A DNA stretch of 64,000 nt. Source: a virus. The DNA lies in IMG/VR virus record IMGVR_UViG_3300022937_000008, positions 50,292 to 114,291 of that record; one strand, given 5' to 3'. Positions 18,640 to 27,889 of the stretch are shown here, one piece after another (the first letter of the stretch is position 1; each line of letters starts with the position of its first letter). Made by a program: the position numbers and the translations under genes. Below the pieces are notes generated by a model. It was not told where the DNA came from. It did not search any database and saw nothing but the letters and a program-made list of their open reading frames with translations.

Positions 18640-19241
18640 ATGTTTCTCAAATTCATGTTAATCACCATTCTAAATTTAGAATTTCTTGCCCATGAAGAAC
18701 TATGATAATACTTTCCAGGAAATATTAGTATTCTTCCTTTTTTAGGTGTTACTCTTTGCTTAACTGTAAAATTATTTTCTTTTATTCTAATAATATCATC
18801 TTGACCGCTACTGTATGTGTCGTTGGTTTCGTTAAAAATAACAGTGTCGCCATCGCTATCATTGACATAATATATTGCATTCCAGTGTTCAAAAAAACTA
18901 TCTATATGCGGCATATGCCAGTCTAATTTACTTACTTTGTTAGGTAATGTTAAGTTTGCTCGCATTCTAATTAACTGATTAAAAGAAACATTGGCTTGAC
19001 TTGTGATACTTAACACTAAAGGATACATTACATTGAAATGCATACTTTTAGGTTCATTATGTTCATAGAAAAAATGATTAAACCCTGCATGATTGTCTTC
19101 TTGTGTTTGAAAATCTTCATCGCCTGATACCATTGATTGATTGAATACCCAACCAAAATCCCAACCAGTCATTAAATTTAAAATGTGGTCTTGATAGTCT
19201 TTAGGTATAATATTATCAATTACAATTATATCATTAGTCAT
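18621..19241 (-). CDS. 2OG-Fe(II) oxygenase
   Basis: RMRANL, PHID, IYYVNDSDGDT, PKKGRILIF...YHSS, RMVINMN. Confidence 0.85.
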   Translation of the reverse strand: MTNDIIVIDNIIPKDYQDHILNLMTGWDFGWVFNQSMVSGDEDFQTQEDNHAGFNHFFYEHNEPKSMHFNVMYPLVLSITSQANVSFNQLIRMRANLTLPNKVSKLDWHMPHIDSFFEHWNAIYYVNDSDGDTVIFNETNDTYSSGQDDIIRIKENNFTVKQRVTPKKGRILIFPGKYYHSSSWARNSKFRMVINMNLRNIWNTNS

Positions 19242-19755
19242 GTACTGCTACTCCATAGAAGTTTATAAACAAACTACTATCTTCTTTAGTTTCTCCGTAA
19301 AATTTTTCAATCTTATGAGGTTTTTCAGGTTCAAATATAACACATCTATTAAACACATTTTCTACTTTAATAGAAGGAACAATAGCATTTGATACTTTAC
19401 TATAGAATGTTATTCCTGAATTTTCAGGAGGATTAGGATTTAAAAATATTGTTCCTGCTATATTGTACATTCCATTTAATTCAACTATTTCTGATGTATG
19501 TTTACTATCAACTAAATTAAAATCACAATGCACAAAATTAAATCTATATTTGTTAGGCACATGAACTATTAGTTTTGCAAGAATTGTATCAAACAAATTA
19601 AAGTTTATTTCGTCAAGAGTTTTTGAACGCAATCCGTAATACGCATCATTATCTTGTTCTAAATAATCTAATTTTAAAGCACTGTGTCTAACAAGTGTAG
19701 GTGCTTCAAAAAAATCATCTATAACTTTTACAGGTTGTTTAACGTCTTTGATCAT
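19234..19755 (-). CDS. 2OG-Fe(II) oxygenase-like (DUF6445-like), HxD motif missing
   Basis: VIDDFF..P, GLRS, AGTIFLNP, ENVFNRCVIF..PH; paralogue of the next gene. Confidence 0.7.
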   Translation of the reverse strand: MIKDVKQPVKVIDDFFEAPTLVRHSALKLDYLEQDNDAYYGLRSKTLDEINFNLFDTILAKLIVHVPNKYRFNFVHCDFNLVDSKHTSEIVELNGMYNIAGTIFLNPNPPENSGITFYSKVSNAIVPSIKVENVFNRCVIFEPEKPHKIEKFYGETKEDSSLFINFYGVAVHD

Positions 19756-20459
19756 ATTGCTTTAACAAAAAACACTTGTGTTAATCGGTTAGTGTCTTTA
19801 CTGTTCCCAAAAAATTCTTCTGCACTGTGCCATGCTCGTGTGTCAAACATTATACATCTATTGTAGACACTCTCCATAGTTACTGTTTTTTTAAAAAGTT
19901 TTGTTTGTTCTTCTCTGTATTTTTGATATGGTTTTCTTTCTTCTTCAGTATCAGATAATACATCTTTCATAAACTTGTCTGCATATTCATCTAAATTTAG
20001 ATTATCTTTATCTTCATACACAACAGTTCCACTTCCTAGTGGAGCTTCTTTGTTAAGATAAATTACTCCTGCAATATTAAGTTTTGGATCATCGTCGTGT
20101 ACCCAACCTCTTCCATATGTTTCATCTACCATGTGGAATGCTGTTTGAAATTCAGAGAAAGATCTATAACCATAATCTCTAATCCAGAAAAGTAATTTTT
20201 TTCCGAACATTTCAAACAACGGTAAATTATTTTCATGAAATAACTTAGTTCTAAGACCCGGCCAACTACCTCGCTTTCCTTTAAAAAATTCTTGATCTAG
20301 TGCAAATTCTCTCCATAGATCTGGCTCGTCGTAGAAGTTATCTATAATAGTTGTTGGAAAGTAAGGATACAGATTTCTATCTTTAATTTGATTATTAGAG
20401 ATATACTGACTAGAAGCCTTATCGCTTTCTATCAAACTATTAATATAATCGTTATCCAT
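19752..20459 (-). CDS. 2OG-Fe(II) oxygenase (DUF6445-like)
   Basis: IIDNFY, WPGLRT, GWVHDD, AGVIYLN, YNRCIMF..WHSA, RLTQVFF. Confidence 0.85.
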   Translation of the reverse strand: MDNDYINSLIESDKASSQYISNNQIKDRNLYPYFPTTIIDNFYDEPDLWREFALDQEFFKGKRGSWPGLRTKLFHENNLPLFEMFGKKLLFWIRDYGYRSFSEFQTAFHMVDETYGRGWVHDDDPKLNIAGVIYLNKEAPLGSGTVVYEDKDNLNLDEYADKFMKDVLSDTEEERKPYQKYREEQTKLFKKTVTMESVYNRCIMFDTRAWHSAEEFFGNSKDTNRLTQVFFVKAI

Positions 20460-21057
20460 TCTTTTGACCTGCTGTAAAATTCATAGTAAGTACAATTCTT
20501 TGGTTATGCATCTTAGGACAAGTACTTGCATGAAAGTGCCAACCATTGAATACAAGAACTTTTCCTTGAAGAGGCTCGCTTTTAAATTTACGATGATACT
20601 TTTGTCCTGTTAATAAAGGTTGATCTTTCTCGTGAAAAATTACAGTATCACCATCGCTTGAATTAACATAATAACACGCTGTAAAATGTTCCTGTTCATA
20701 ATCTCTATGCGGAGTATTATATTCATAAGGTAAATGAGGGAAACTATACTTTGTGTTTAACAAAAATCCTAATCTCATTCTAAGTAATGTATGTAATTCT
20801 AATCCTGCTTTTTCACAAGTTGCATTTAACAATGGCATAAAAAAATCTAAGTGAGGATTATGTTGATTATTAGGATGATATATTAAATGAGCAAAACTAG
20901 GTGTTGAATGTCTTGGATCTTGATCTAAACGATCTTCATATGTAGTATCGTTCATAAAATGCCAGTCAAACTCAATATTAGTAACTTTATTTAAAATTTC
21001 CATAGAGTAATTGTAATCAATTACATCATATATTTCAATTGGTTCAAAATCAGTCAT
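20452..21057 (-). CDS. 2OG-Fe(II) oxygenase
   Basis: PHRD, YYVNSSDGDT, FNGWHFHAS, RIVLTMNF; start moved to ATG 21057; paralogue of 18621-19241. Confidence 0.85.
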   Translation of the reverse strand: MTDFEPIEIYDVIDYNYSMEILNKVTNIEFDWHFMNDTTYEDRLDQDPRHSTPSFAHLIYHPNNQHNPHLDFFMPLLNATCEKAGLELHTLLRMRLGFLLNTKYSFPHLPYEYNTPHRDYEQEHFTACYYVNSSDGDTVIFHEKDQPLLTGQKYHRKFKSEPLQGKVLVFNGWHFHASTCPKMHNQRIVLTMNFTAGQKNG

Positions 21058-21769
21058 GTTGTATCCTATAAAAATTTCTATCAATACTTCCTGTTGCATC
21101 TTCAGTTGGAAGTTTCTGCCAACAAGGAATACTCATAGACAATCGCTTTCCTTTAGGATATGCACAATGATACATTCTTGAAGGAATATATAAAACGTCT
21201 CCTGGTTTAAGTGTAACGTCTATTGCTAGTTCTAAATCATCTTCTTTAAGTTTATTGTTTAGCAAACCAGTTCTATGCATATAAGTTATTCTATTATTAA
21301 AAATTTTCCAGTGTGTTTCGCCTTCAACTTGAATAATAAAATTAGCAGGATAGTCTTCATGTATATTAAAACTTTTTGCATCTTGTAAACCAAAGTAAAC
21401 ATGAATAGCTGAATTTACACTGTACATACTTTCAAACATTGCAAGAAGTTCCATAGTTTTTTTACTATAGAATGCATAATCTAAATTAATTAAACCGCAA
21501 CCTTCGTGTAGTTTGTCAAATAAAAATTGTTTATCTTGAACAGGCCTATTCCATATCCACGATTTATTGTATGCTGGTACTTCTATTTTAGTACCTGTAG
21601 GATCAATAACTTCAAAATTATACTGTGCTGAATTATTCATAGTCCATTCAACATCGTCCCACGTACAATATATACTAGGATCAGAAATAAGATTTTCCCA
21701 ATAATGCGGAGCATCATTGATCATTAAATCTGTTTCTTTAAGAATTCTTTGGGAAATATCTGTCATCAT
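21050..21769 (-). CDS. JmjC/cupin-4 oxygenase (YcfD/RoxA-like)
   Basis: SFNIHED, FIIQVEGETHW, LKPGDVLYIPSRMYH, RLSMSI; start moved to 21769. Confidence 0.85.
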   Translation of the reverse strand: MMTDISQRILKETDLMINDAPHYWENLISDPSIYCTWDDVEWTMNNSAQYNFEVIDPTGTKIEVPAYNKSWIWNRPVQDKQFLFDKLHEGCGLINLDYAFYSKKTMELLAMFESMYSVNSAIHVYFGLQDAKSFNIHEDYPANFIIQVEGETHWKIFNNRITYMHRTGLLNNKLKEDDLELAIDVTLKPGDVLYIPSRMYHCAYPKGKRLSMSIPCWQKLPTEDATGSIDRNFYRIQHD

Positions 21770-22364
21770 CTGTCCTAAAATATTTAACATTCCAAGAAAT
21801 AGAAATTCTATCTTCGTCGGTACTATTTCTTTCTACACCGTGCGGTAAGTTTCCAGGGAATATTAAAATTTTTCCTGTTTCTGCTTCATATCTTATTGCA
21901 CTTGCACTTATTGCTGTGTGTTGCTCAATCGGTGCTCTCGAAGCAACTATAAAATCTGCATTGTAATCTTTATAAAAAATTATTCCACCTTGGTCTGGAG
22001 TTGCTTTAACATAAAAGGCTCCACTAATAAAAGAATTATCGTGGATATGAACACTATTTGTATCGCCTTTTTTATTAATATTGGCCCAAAGATTTTCAAT
22101 TACAATAAATCCTGCATCTTGATTATAACCATAATCAATTATGCATCGTTGCGCTTGTTCTAATATTAAATCTTCTAAAGGTTTCATTTCAGGATAAGTT
22201 CCTGGACGGAAATCCATTGACTGCCAGCCGCCTTGATTACTTAAATATCTACCTTTTGTATCTTGTTCGTATAATTTATAAACAAGTTTTTCAATACTAT
22301 CAGTATCAATATTAGTTGTTGTCCACCATACTGGAGTAGGAAAGAAATGATCAAAGTGCCACAT
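21738..22364 (-). CDS. 2OG-Fe(II) oxygenase (TIGR02466-like)
   Basis: FPTPV, SNQGGWQS, WANIN, HIH, ISGAFYV, IFPGNLPHGV, RISISWN. Confidence 0.88.
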   Translation of the reverse strand: MWHFDHFFPTPVWWTTTNIDTDSIEKLVYKLYEQDTKGRYLSNQGGWQSMDFRPGTYPEMKPLEDLILEQAQRCIIDYGYNQDAGFIVIENLWANINKKGDTNSVHIHDNSFISGAFYVKATPDQGGIIFYKDYNADFIVASRAPIEQHTAISASAIRYEAETGKILIFPGNLPHGVERNSTDEDRISISWNVKYFRTDDDRYFPKNS

Positions 22365-23164
22365 TATCTAATAACCTCCCCAAACGTTTTAGGTGGAGAT
22401 AAATGTGAAAATGCAAATGCATGACTCCATCTAAAGTCTACGTTTTCAGAAATCACTGCACTGTGACAAATATTAGCATGATACATAGTCATTTTACCTT
22501 TAATACTTGGTGCTTGTCCTTTATATTCAAACCCCCATTCTGCTAATTCTTCGTCTTTCATATTAAACCAGCTCGGTGCTCTAAAAGGTTTTTCAGCCAT
22601 TGCTCTCCATTTTTCAAACATAGGATGTGTTTGATCTGTTTGAAAATCATATACACTATCCTTTAATACTCCATTATACTTATAAAGTTTTGTACTGCTA
22701 TCTTTAATATCGTGATCTGTAAACCAAAGGTTAGCAACTAATCCTTCAGGGTAATCAACGTGAGGTATTCTCCAACATGAAATAGGTCGTGCTCTATCTT
22801 TGTAATAAACATTCCCCCATTCATGTATCTGTGGTTCAAATATATCAGGATTAGAATGCTGAATATAGAAATCTCTAATTAACACACATATATCTTGATA
22901 AACCCAATTAGGAAGATGTACAGTGTCAAAAGGATTAGGATCAAAATTATCAGGATGATTATTATCTTTTACAATAGGAAAACATTTAATTAACTCTTGA
23001 AAAGTTTCAAAACCTTCTTCTGTTTTAAAAGGATGATCAGCAATCCAAAACCCTATTCCGTCACCTAGGTCTGTGTATTCAGCATTTAATTCGTAAGGTT
23101 TTTTAAATTTAAAAACTTTATGAAAGTTATTTGCGTCAGGATTACAAACTTTAAAATCTATCAT
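22364..23164 (-). CDS. 2OG-Fe(II) oxygenase-like
   Basis: IPHVD, LVANLW, TKLY, MTMY..ICHSA. Confidence 0.7.
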   Translation of the reverse strand: MIDFKVCNPDANNFHKVFKFKKPYELNAEYTDLGDGIGFWIADHPFKTEEGFETFQELIKCFPIVKDNNHPDNFDPNPFDTVHLPNWVYQDICVLIRDFYIQHSNPDIFEPQIHEWGNVYYKDRARPISCWRIPHVDYPEGLVANLWFTDHDIKDSSTKLYKYNGVLKDSVYDFQTDQTHPMFEKWRAMAEKPFRAPSWFNMKDEELAEWGFEYKGQAPSIKGKMTMYHANICHSAVISENVDFRWSHAFAFSHLSPPKTFGEVIR

Positions 23165-23742
23165 TTTATATTAAACGTCATTACTATTCTTTCTTCGTTG
23201 GTATTATTAGGCTGTACTCTATGCTTTAACCAACCAGGAAATATTAATACATCATTAGTTTCAACAGGCAATTCGGTATAGTTCCTTTCTCCGATAATAG
23301 GAAAAGAGGTTTTATGATATTCCAGAGGATCTCTAAATTCGATATTACCGGAGTTAGGAGGACATTTAACATAACAACTTGCTACCCAAGTAGCAAAGTT
23401 ATGTTGATGTTCTAGTGTATAACCTGTTTTAAAGTGTCTATTAAACCAAGAACCTTGCACCATAGACTGTCTTTCATAGAAGTTATGGTCGTCTTTTATT
23501 TGTGTTAACCTATCCCCGAGCCAGGCTTGAAAGTCGGAGAGTTCCATCCAAGTGTGAGGTTGCAACATTTCATCATTAGAAACAGTAGATATTGCATCTC
23601 CTGCTTCTAAACTAGAATTCTGATCAACGTGTGATATTGCTTCTTCTATTCTTGGACGTAGTGATTCGTAATTAAACTCGTAACTATACTTGTAAATGAA
23701 TGGCAAGAATAAATGAACACCGCCATTATTCACTGCTTCCAT
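23161..23742 (-). CDS. 2OG-Fe(II) oxygenase (HxH type, TIGR02466-like)
   Basis: SWFN, HQH, SGNIEFRDP, LIFPGWLKHRV, RIVMTFN; start moved to 23742. Confidence 0.85.
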   Translation of the reverse strand: MEAVNNGGVHLFLPFIYKYSYEFNYESLRPRIEEAISHVDQNSSLEAGDAISTVSNDEMLQPHTWMELSDFQAWLGDRLTQIKDDHNFYERQSMVQGSWFNRHFKTGYTLEHQHNFATWVASCYVKCPPNSGNIEFRDPLEYHKTSFPIIGERNYTELPVETNDVLIFPGWLKHRVQPNNTNEERIVMTFNIK

Positions 23743-23986
23743 CGTTTTGACCCTGTTCCTCAAGCAAATCGACAGCTAATTGTATACCCATCATTGTACC
23801 TTCCATCTTTAGTACATCTTGAGACAGTTCTTGTCTTTTGCTAAAGTCAATTGATGTAATGCCGTATGGATTCAATTTAACGTTTGCAAAATCTTCTTCT
23901 AGTTTTGCGAGTTCTGCTTCTGCTGCTGTTTTTTGAATTTTTACATTCTCAATAGCACCTAACAGTTTTCCTTTTACTTTTTCCAT
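23726..23986 (-). CDS. Hypothetical coiled-coil protein
   Basis: 86 aa with heptad-like pattern; SD AGGA. Confidence 0.7.
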   Translation of the reverse strand: MEKVKGKLLGAIENVKIQKTAAEAELAKLEEDFANVKLNPYGITSIDFSKRQELSQDVLKMEGTMMGIQLAVDLLEEQGQNDGSSE

Positions 23987-23991
23987 TGTTA

Positions 23992-24774
23992 TTATCCTCT
24001 GTGTTTATACTTAGTTAGAATTTTAGAAGCTCTTTGCAGTCTTGAAGACAGTTGGTCCGTTTCTAAAAATATAGAATTGGCTGCAAAGTTATATGCTCTT
24101 TCTTTTTGGTAATCTAACTCATCTGCATTTTCAATACTAACATCAAACGAATTATATTGCAAGTCTTTTCTTTTGATTGGTATGTATTGGCAAAGTGGAG
24201 TTCCTGCTCGAATTAACGTTTCTCCATTTAGTTGTTTCCAAAATAATTGCACGTTAACAACGTGTGAATATCTTGGATCTAATATTCCAATAGCTGCTTG
24301 GAATCTGCTTTCATTGTTATATGTTACAGGTAATTGCATAAAAACAATGTCATCACTACATTCAACTCTCCACGGAGTTTCAACTTTAATTACTGTTCTT
24401 AGTGTATCTTCTGCACTGTCTAAAATAGGATCAGTTTGTGACGAATCGTGTGAAGCAATATAAGATTCAGTTCCAGGCATTCCTTTGTCAAATTGAATTG
24501 GTTCTCTCCAACTAAAACTTGCTCCGTCACCAGTAGTTTGAATTACAAAATCTGCTGGAGCCGTAATAATCCATCCTGTTGAAGCAATTTTTAAAATGCC
24601 CGGGCATTGCTTAACTGGTCTTACATTTGGCGGAGTTTCTGATTTGGTAAAAGGTCTCTTTAATTCTACACTTCTAATAGGAGGATATAAATCCATAACA
24701 CCTGGAAATGTAGAATAAAATCTTATATAAGGCTTCTTATCAAAATTAAACCAATTTTTAATCTTGTTAAGCAT
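23992..24774 (-). CDS. Hypothetical protein (DUF6065-like), a type often found beside phage oxygenases
   Basis: KQCPGI...GWII, PW, GILD, IRAGTPLCQYIPIKR; start probably 24774. Confidence 0.6.
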   Translation of the reverse strand: MLNKIKNWFNFDKKPYIRFYSTFPGVMDLYPPIRSVELKRPFTKSETPPNVRPVKQCPGILKIASTGWIITAPADFVIQTTGDGASFSWREPIQFDKGMPGTESYIASHDSSQTDPILDSAEDTLRTVIKVETPWRVECSDDIVFMQLPVTYNNESRFQAAIGILDPRYSHVVNVQLFWKQLNGETLIRAGTPLCQYIPIKRKDLQYNSFDVSIENADELDYQKERAYNFAANSIFLETDQLSSRLQRASKILTKYKHRG

Positions 24775-24775
24775 A

Positions 24776-26398
24776 CTACTCACTATCGTATTCGTCTTTT
24801 CCGCCATATATATTTTCTTTTAGGTACTCATAATGTGTTGGTAACTGAGCAATATAATCTGTTATGAATTGTTTATATTCTTCATGTCTGCGTCTAGTAT
24901 AACCAATTTGTTCTTCGCGAAGTTCTTGGTCCATTCTATCGCCTGTATTATAAACTAGTTCTGGAGTTCCCATTGGTCTAATTCCCATACCTGCGGCAAT
25001 AAACATATTACCGGTATAATCTAATACATAAGAACTATTACCCATAATTGCATCCATCATATGAGAATACTGTGTGTGTCGAAGTAAATACTCTCCTTGC
25101 ATCTCAGGATCATAATCATTTATTTCTGTACACCAATTCCAGTAAGGTGTATCTTGACGCATACTCCATGCATAGTGTTGTGACACAAAATCTCTAAACT
25201 TAGTAACATCGTAATCACAAGCCATATTAAAGCCTTCTCTTTCCATACGTGTTACATAACCTTCTCTTCTGTTTAATGCTTCAACTAGTTTAACAATGTT
25301 TTCGTGTGTTGTCAATAACCCAGTAGACTCAAGAGGTTCTACAAAGCCATAACTTAATCCAACACCAACAACATTTCCTTTCCATGCTCTATGACGTTTA
25401 CCGTGTTTAATTTTAATCATAAAAGGTTCAGCATTTTCAGCAACTTCAGGACTATGATATTTTGCAAGGTAATCTATAAATTCTTTTTTAGCATCTTCTT
25501 CTGTTGTGAATCTAGTAGAGAAAACATAACCAGTTCCTATTCTATTCCACAATGGTATTGTCCAAACCCAGCCATTATCTAATGCATGACAATCAGTAAC
25601 ATTATGCATTTGTGTTTTTCTGTCCGTATAAGGAATTCTAACTGCCCATGCTCTATCGTTTGCTAGATGTTTGTTGAAAGGAATAAAGTGAGATCCCATC
25701 CAATTTTCTAACATTATAGATCTAAATCCAGTACAGTCAATCCATAGATCTGATTCTAATATAGTTCCATCTTCGCAAAACACTTGTTGAATATATGTAT
25801 GTGTGTTATCTTTTTTGTGAGAATGAATATCTGCTTTAATGTGTTTAACGCCATTTGGCAAAGCAATATTATCTCTTAGATATTGACCAAACAAACTAGC
25901 ATCCATATGATATGCTGTGTCGTACTTAAAATCAAAATGTCTAATAATTTTATCTTCATTTCTAGTTTGTTTATTATACTTTGCTAGTAGTGTATTACCA
26001 GTAGCAAAGAATTCAGCGAAAGATTCAGGACCAAATTCTTTAGGATAAAGTGCAGAAAGATAAATCCAATCACTGATTCCATTAGGTTTATCTGTAAAGT
26101 CTAAGCCGTTACTAAAAGGATATTCAAAAAATGTACCGTCTTTTTCTCTAAAGTTTGTAAATCTAATAGAATTTTTGTATGTAGCATTACAAGCTGCCAT
26201 CCAATCTTCATCTTTTAAATCTAATAAGCGTAAAAATTTATTAATGTGTCCAAGTGTGCTTTCTCCGACACCTACTGGCCCTACGAACGGAGATTCTACC
26301 AGTGTTATATCTAGATGTGGGCAAAGTTTTGAAAGTGCTGCCGCTGTCATCCAACCACTAGATCCGCCGCCTACAATGGTAACTGTTTTATATTTCAT
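24776..26398 (-). CDS. Flavin-dependent (tryptophan) halogenase family, copy 4
   Basis: GGGSSGW, GVGEST, NATYKNSIRF, YHMDA, DCTGF, WVWTIP, FVEPLESTG (canonical PrnA-type motifs). Confidence 0.92.
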   Translation of the reverse strand: MKYKTVTIVGGGSSGWMTAAALSKLCPHLDITLVESPFVGPVGVGESTLGHINKFLRLLDLKDEDWMAACNATYKNSIRFTNFREKDGTFFEYPFSNGLDFTDKPNGISDWIYLSALYPKEFGPESFAEFFATGNTLLAKYNKQTRNEDKIIRHFDFKYDTAYHMDASLFGQYLRDNIALPNGVKHIKADIHSHKKDNTHTYIQQVFCEDGTILESDLWIDCTGFRSIMLENWMGSHFIPFNKHLANDRAWAVRIPYTDRKTQMHNVTDCHALDNGWVWTIPLWNRIGTGYVFSTRFTTEEDAKKEFIDYLAKYHSPEVAENAEPFMIKIKHGKRHRAWKGNVVGVGLSYGFVEPLESTGLLTTHENIVKLVEALNRREGYVTRMEREGFNMACDYDVTKFRDFVSQHYAWSMRQDTPYWNWCTEINDYDPEMQGEYLLRHTQYSHMMDAIMGNSSYVLDYTGNMFIAAGMGIRPMGTPELVYNTGDRMDQELREEQIGYTRRRHEEYKQFITDYIAQLPTHYEYLKENIYGGKDEYDSE

Positions 26399-26425
26399 AT
26401 TATATCCTTTATTAAGTACGTATAT

Positions 26426-26431
26426 TATTTA
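26426..26431 (-). promoter_or_regulatory. Late promoter (TAAATA) for the minus-strand halogenase/oxygenase operon
   Basis: CTAAATAATA just downstream of the terminator; SD AAGGA before ATG 26398. Confidence 0.65.
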
Positions 26432-26456
26432 GCTGAAGTTTTATGGTGTGATCAGT

Positions 26457-26486
26457 AAAAAAGGCACTTAAAGAAAGTGCCTTTTT
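26457..26486. terminator. Intrinsic (bidirectional-looking) terminator
   Basis: AAAAAAGGCACTT-AAAGA-AAGTGCCTTTTT. Confidence 0.85.
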
Positions 26487-26507
26487 ACCGTAATAGGGAG
26501 TGAGTAA

Positions 26508-27008
26508 TTACTGTTGGTTGCCCCACCAACCTCTGTAGCGTCTCCATGCTGGAATTTCCGGAGTACCTGGCATATTTGCTTTATCTACACTAGGTTCTTC
26601 GACAGCAGCTTTCGCTTGTAATTCTTCAAGTGTCATTGGTGGTTCTGGTGGTAGTGGTTTATCAATTAGAGCTTTTACATTTGTAATGTGTGTAGCCCAA
26701 GGACCATTAATCGAAATGGTTCCTGTTGCTTTTAGCTCGTCATAAATCATACCTAATTGAGCGCCAACTTCACCGTATGCAACTTTTCTTGCTACTTCGT
26801 TAGCATTTGGTGAATAAGGCATATCTCTTTCAACCCAAATCATCTCTTGTCTAGACGGAGACCATTCTAATGTCCAATCTAGTGTGATTTCATCAGGTGC
26901 ATCAACCCATTGCATATTCGCATCTGGGCCGTTGTAAATCTCATACTCTTCGCCGGGGTTTCTAATTTCGGATACCCAGCCTTGATAACCGATAAGTGCT
27001 TTTTTCAT
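26508..27008 (-). CDS. Putative tail-fibre assembly chaperone
   Basis: Follows three fibre genes; RKVAY...QLGMIY.E...W..HI..VK...KP pattern seen in fibre-associated chaperones. Confidence 0.55.
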   Translation of the reverse strand: MKKALIGYQGWVSEIRNPGEEYEIYNGPDANMQWVDAPDEITLDWTLEWSPSRQEMIWVERDMPYSPNANEVARKVAYGEVGAQLGMIYDELKATGTISINGPWATHITNVKALIDKPLPPEPPMTLEELQAKAAVEEPSVDKANMPGTPEIPAWRRYRGWWGNQQ

Positions 27009-27012
27009 AATG

Positions 27013-27867
27013 TTATTTATACTCCTCTATTACGCAAAGTCCTGGTCTTCCATTTGAACCGCGGTGTCCATGGAAGTATCCACCTGTTCCTCCTGTACCT
27101 GGAGCAGAGTGTCCTTGATGGTTGTGAGCAAAGTGTCCTCCCTGTGGGTGACCGGAAGGTGCTGCACCTCCAAAATATGTTGTTCCGCCTGGTCCAAAAC
27201 TATCGTGATGGGCGCCGCCACCACCTTGGTGAATATTTAAATTTCCTCCACCGGCACTGCCGCTTACGCCGCCCGAGTGGTTGTTCTGTCTATTAGCACC
27301 GTGGCCGCCTTGAGCGGACATATATGGTCCAAAACTAGAACCGCCGCCATTGCCAGCTCTACCGTTATAGTAAGTTCCGCTGGATTCTCCTGAAATACTT
27401 ACTGATACTGAACCGATGCTTGTTACATCCATAATTCTTTCTGAGTATCCACCAGCACCACCTGATTCTCCGTGACCTGATCCGCCACCTCCACCAGCAA
27501 CTAGTTTAACTCTAATATATCTTACACCAGATGGTCTATTCCAAGTGCCACTACCTGTAAACACTTGCATTCCACTAAAACCAACTTGTGCATATTCTAG
27601 TGCATTGTTAGCAGAGTTAGTTCTTAAAACTGTGTTATTTCCGCCAACACTTGTAAGTCCTGTACCACCTTTTGTTACCGGAATAGTACCTGTTACAACA
27701 GATGAGCCTAAATTTACTGCATTATTTGCTAGTTTACCAGCTGTAACTGCTGTGCCTGCAACATCGTCAGCAACAATACTAGTATTTGCAATTTTTCCTG
27801 TCTGAATAGTACCGTCGACAAACGATACCCCAGTTAGTTGTTTTAGTGTTTGATAATTAAATGCCAT
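27013..27867 (-). CDS. Gly-rich, His-rich fibre/adhesin-like protein, paralogue C
   Basis: MAFNYQTLK start, GGTG linker, FTGSGTW..P.GV..GGGGG Gly-rich domain; 13 His. Confidence 0.8.
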   Translation of the reverse strand: MAFNYQTLKQLTGVSFVDGTIQTGKIANTSIVADDVAGTAVTAGKLANNAVNLGSSVVTGTIPVTKGGTGLTSVGGNNTVLRTNSANNALEYAQVGFSGMQVFTGSGTWNRPSGVRYIRVKLVAGGGGGSGHGESGGAGGYSERIMDVTSIGSVSVSISGESSGTYYNGRAGNGGGSSFGPYMSAQGGHGANRQNNHSGGVSGSAGGGNLNIHQGGGGAHHDSFGPGGTTYFGGAAPSGHPQGGHFAHNHQGHSAPGTGGTGGYFHGHRGSNGRPGLCVIEEYK

Positions 27868-27889
27868 CTTTATTTCCTACTCATATTTA

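Noticed and set aside
27130-27152. HPQ streptavidin-binding (Strep-tag-like) motif
   Set aside because: Three-residue match is probably coincidental; no biological link evident
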